The translations under genes and the position numbers were made by a program. A stretch of 64,000 nucleotides of DNA, from the NCBI GenBank assembly GCA_043228905.1, contig JBHGNT010000002.1:20274001-20338000 (forward strand), given 5' to 3'. The notes under the pieces are model-generated. The model was not told where the DNA came from, made no database searches, and saw nothing but the letters and a program-made list of their open reading frames with translations. Source of the stretch: Azolla caroliniana (taxonomy: Eukaryota > Plantae > Polypodiophyta). Positions 62,309 through 64,000 of the stretch are shown here, piece after piece; position 1 is the first letter of the stretch, and each line of letters begins with the position of its first letter.

Positions 62309-64000
62309 TGTGAAAGGAATAGTTTATTCGGGAACTGTTGTAATTATTTTATTAATATGGACGAACGGACCAGAATCGGTATGCCGATCCGGATCTGGAC
62401 CGATTCCAGATAGGTGCCGGTTGGCACCGTTTTGTACTTCGCACCGGAGACCTATATAAAGGCCCGGTTACAATGTAATTGACAACGGATAATTAATAGA
62501 ACTTATTGCCTTAACCTTTCAGTATTGATTACCGTTCTCTACTCATTGTTATATCTTACGTGTGTTAATGACGTATTGCTAAGTAACCAATTAAGGTCTA
62601 ATTAAGCGTTGTGTCATAAATCATCTGGCCGTAGCACCCTTTGGTGAAGTGTCTTAAGTGGACACCCTGTGTTAGGCTGTTGTCCGGCTCTAGGATTAAC
62701 ACAGTTTTTGCCGACCACGATTCTTGCACAATCGCAGTGAACAACGGTGGGAATGGATGACTAGGCCAACAGACGACCCGGTTACGGAGAGAGCACAAAG
62801 ACTTGCTGAACAACGAAGGCGGCGAGAGGCTTTCCAACAAGCAGCGGAATAAATCCGATCGGATCGATCATTTTCCAAAGTGATCCGGATAGTGGCGGAG
62901 GAGTCGCTCTGTCTGCAACAAAACGCCTACCCGGACGAAGGAAGTAGCTTAAGCAGTCTCCGGGAAGCGAAATCCCTTCTCCAGGCCTTGGCCAGAAGAG
63001 ACGGCGAATCCGAAGCATTTTCAGCGTTGGAATCGGATTCGGAAGGGGGTTACAGTGCGCACACGAACTATTGCAGTAGTAACGACACCCTACGAGGACC
63101 GGAGGACGAGGAGTCGGATACATTACCGACATCGGAACCAGAGTTGTCAGACCGGGAACCCCTGGCACTAGACGTGGAACAACCTCTGGAGACGGAAGAA
63201 GACAAAGAAAGACCTCTGACACCGGAAGTCGAGCCGGCCACACCAAAGGAAGACCGGCAAAGACCTCCGATGTTGACGGAACAGCAGGAAAGACCACCGA
63301 CACCGCCAGCCCGCGTACCGACATCGGACGACGACATGCCGTTCCAGTACTCCAAGTATAGGGATGACCCGGACTCCGAGGCTCATGTTCACGCATTTCA
63401 ACAAACATGGGAGACGAACCATGTGTCAGAATGGTTAACCGCGGCTGAAGAGGAACGATCTATGATAGCCGAATTCAGCGTGACATTGGAAGGACCGGCC
63501 GCCAGATGGCACCGGACACAGGACCCCAGCACCATCACCACCTTTGCGGACCTGAAAGATGAATTCTTGCACTTATTTCAGAAGGAGGTGGACCAGAGAG
63601 AAATGGTGGGCCTATTTTATTATACCATCCCGCAGGACCCTGGGGAGAGCATTCCGCAGTTTGTCATATGGTTTCAACGGATGCACAATCAGCTTACCCG
63701 AACACCTCCGGAGGAAGAAACACGGGCTATATTCTTAGCCGCGCTCCGGGAACCTCTACGAACGGTATGCACGGTCATCGACTTTCGCACAAGCACCATC
63801 GACTAGGTCATCGACCGGGTTAGAGAAATGGAGAAAATGAGCTCTTGGCTAACAATGGGAGCCCTCCAACGAGCATTACCAACCGATGAGGATCTCCGGT
63901 TCCGGCAAGCAATCCAATGCACGACCTGCTTGAATTCCGGACACTCGGCACTGGAGTGCACCATGCGGACACACTGCTTACTCTGCCAATCTACAAGCCA
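62309..64000 (+). mobile_element. Gypsy element G7, 5' end (LTR 62309-62703, PBS-like sequence, gag); runs off the window
   Basis: TGTG...CACA LTR with TATATAAA at 62453; TTTTTGCCGACCACG follows; then gag. Confidence 0.75.
62757..64000 (+). pseudogene. gag: G7 gag with CCHC zinc knuckle, disrupted
   Basis: F..TLEGPAARW...TFADLKDEFL..F retrotransposon-gag pattern; CTTCLNSGHSALEC at ~63918-63960; TAG at 63804. Confidence 0.8.

Overview
This window is eukaryotic DNA, most likely from a land plant (a non-seed plant is inferred from the element types). It consists almost entirely of nested, mostly decayed transposable elements, and no intact host gene was recognised. Element boundaries were reconstructed from TG...CA LTR termini, PBS, PPT and target-site duplications (TSDs). 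Four groups are present: (i) tRNA-Trp-primed Ty3/gypsy elements with 4-bp TSDs (G1, G1b, G2, G5, G6 and fragments); (ii) Athila-like gypsy elements with an extra 3' ORF (G3, G4, probably G7); (iii) tRNA-iMet-primed Ty1/copia elements and solo LTRs with 5-bp TSDs (C1-C7); (iv) a 3.9-kb TIR DNA transposon whose centre is an array of ~51-bp palindromes. Nesting reaches five levels. The most notable signals are these. All 8 readable insertion sites of the Trp-primed gypsy group are N-CG-N (one after inferred CpG decay). The otherwise unalignable LTRs of that group share a U5 motif resembling a degenerate antisense copy of the tRNA-Trp 3' third, i.e. a possible second primer-pairing site. One LTR family carries an antisense tRNA-like Pol III promoter. 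The TIR element could not be assigned to a superfamily. All alignments were made by eye, so coordinates may be off by a few bases, and clade names are recalled rather than searched.
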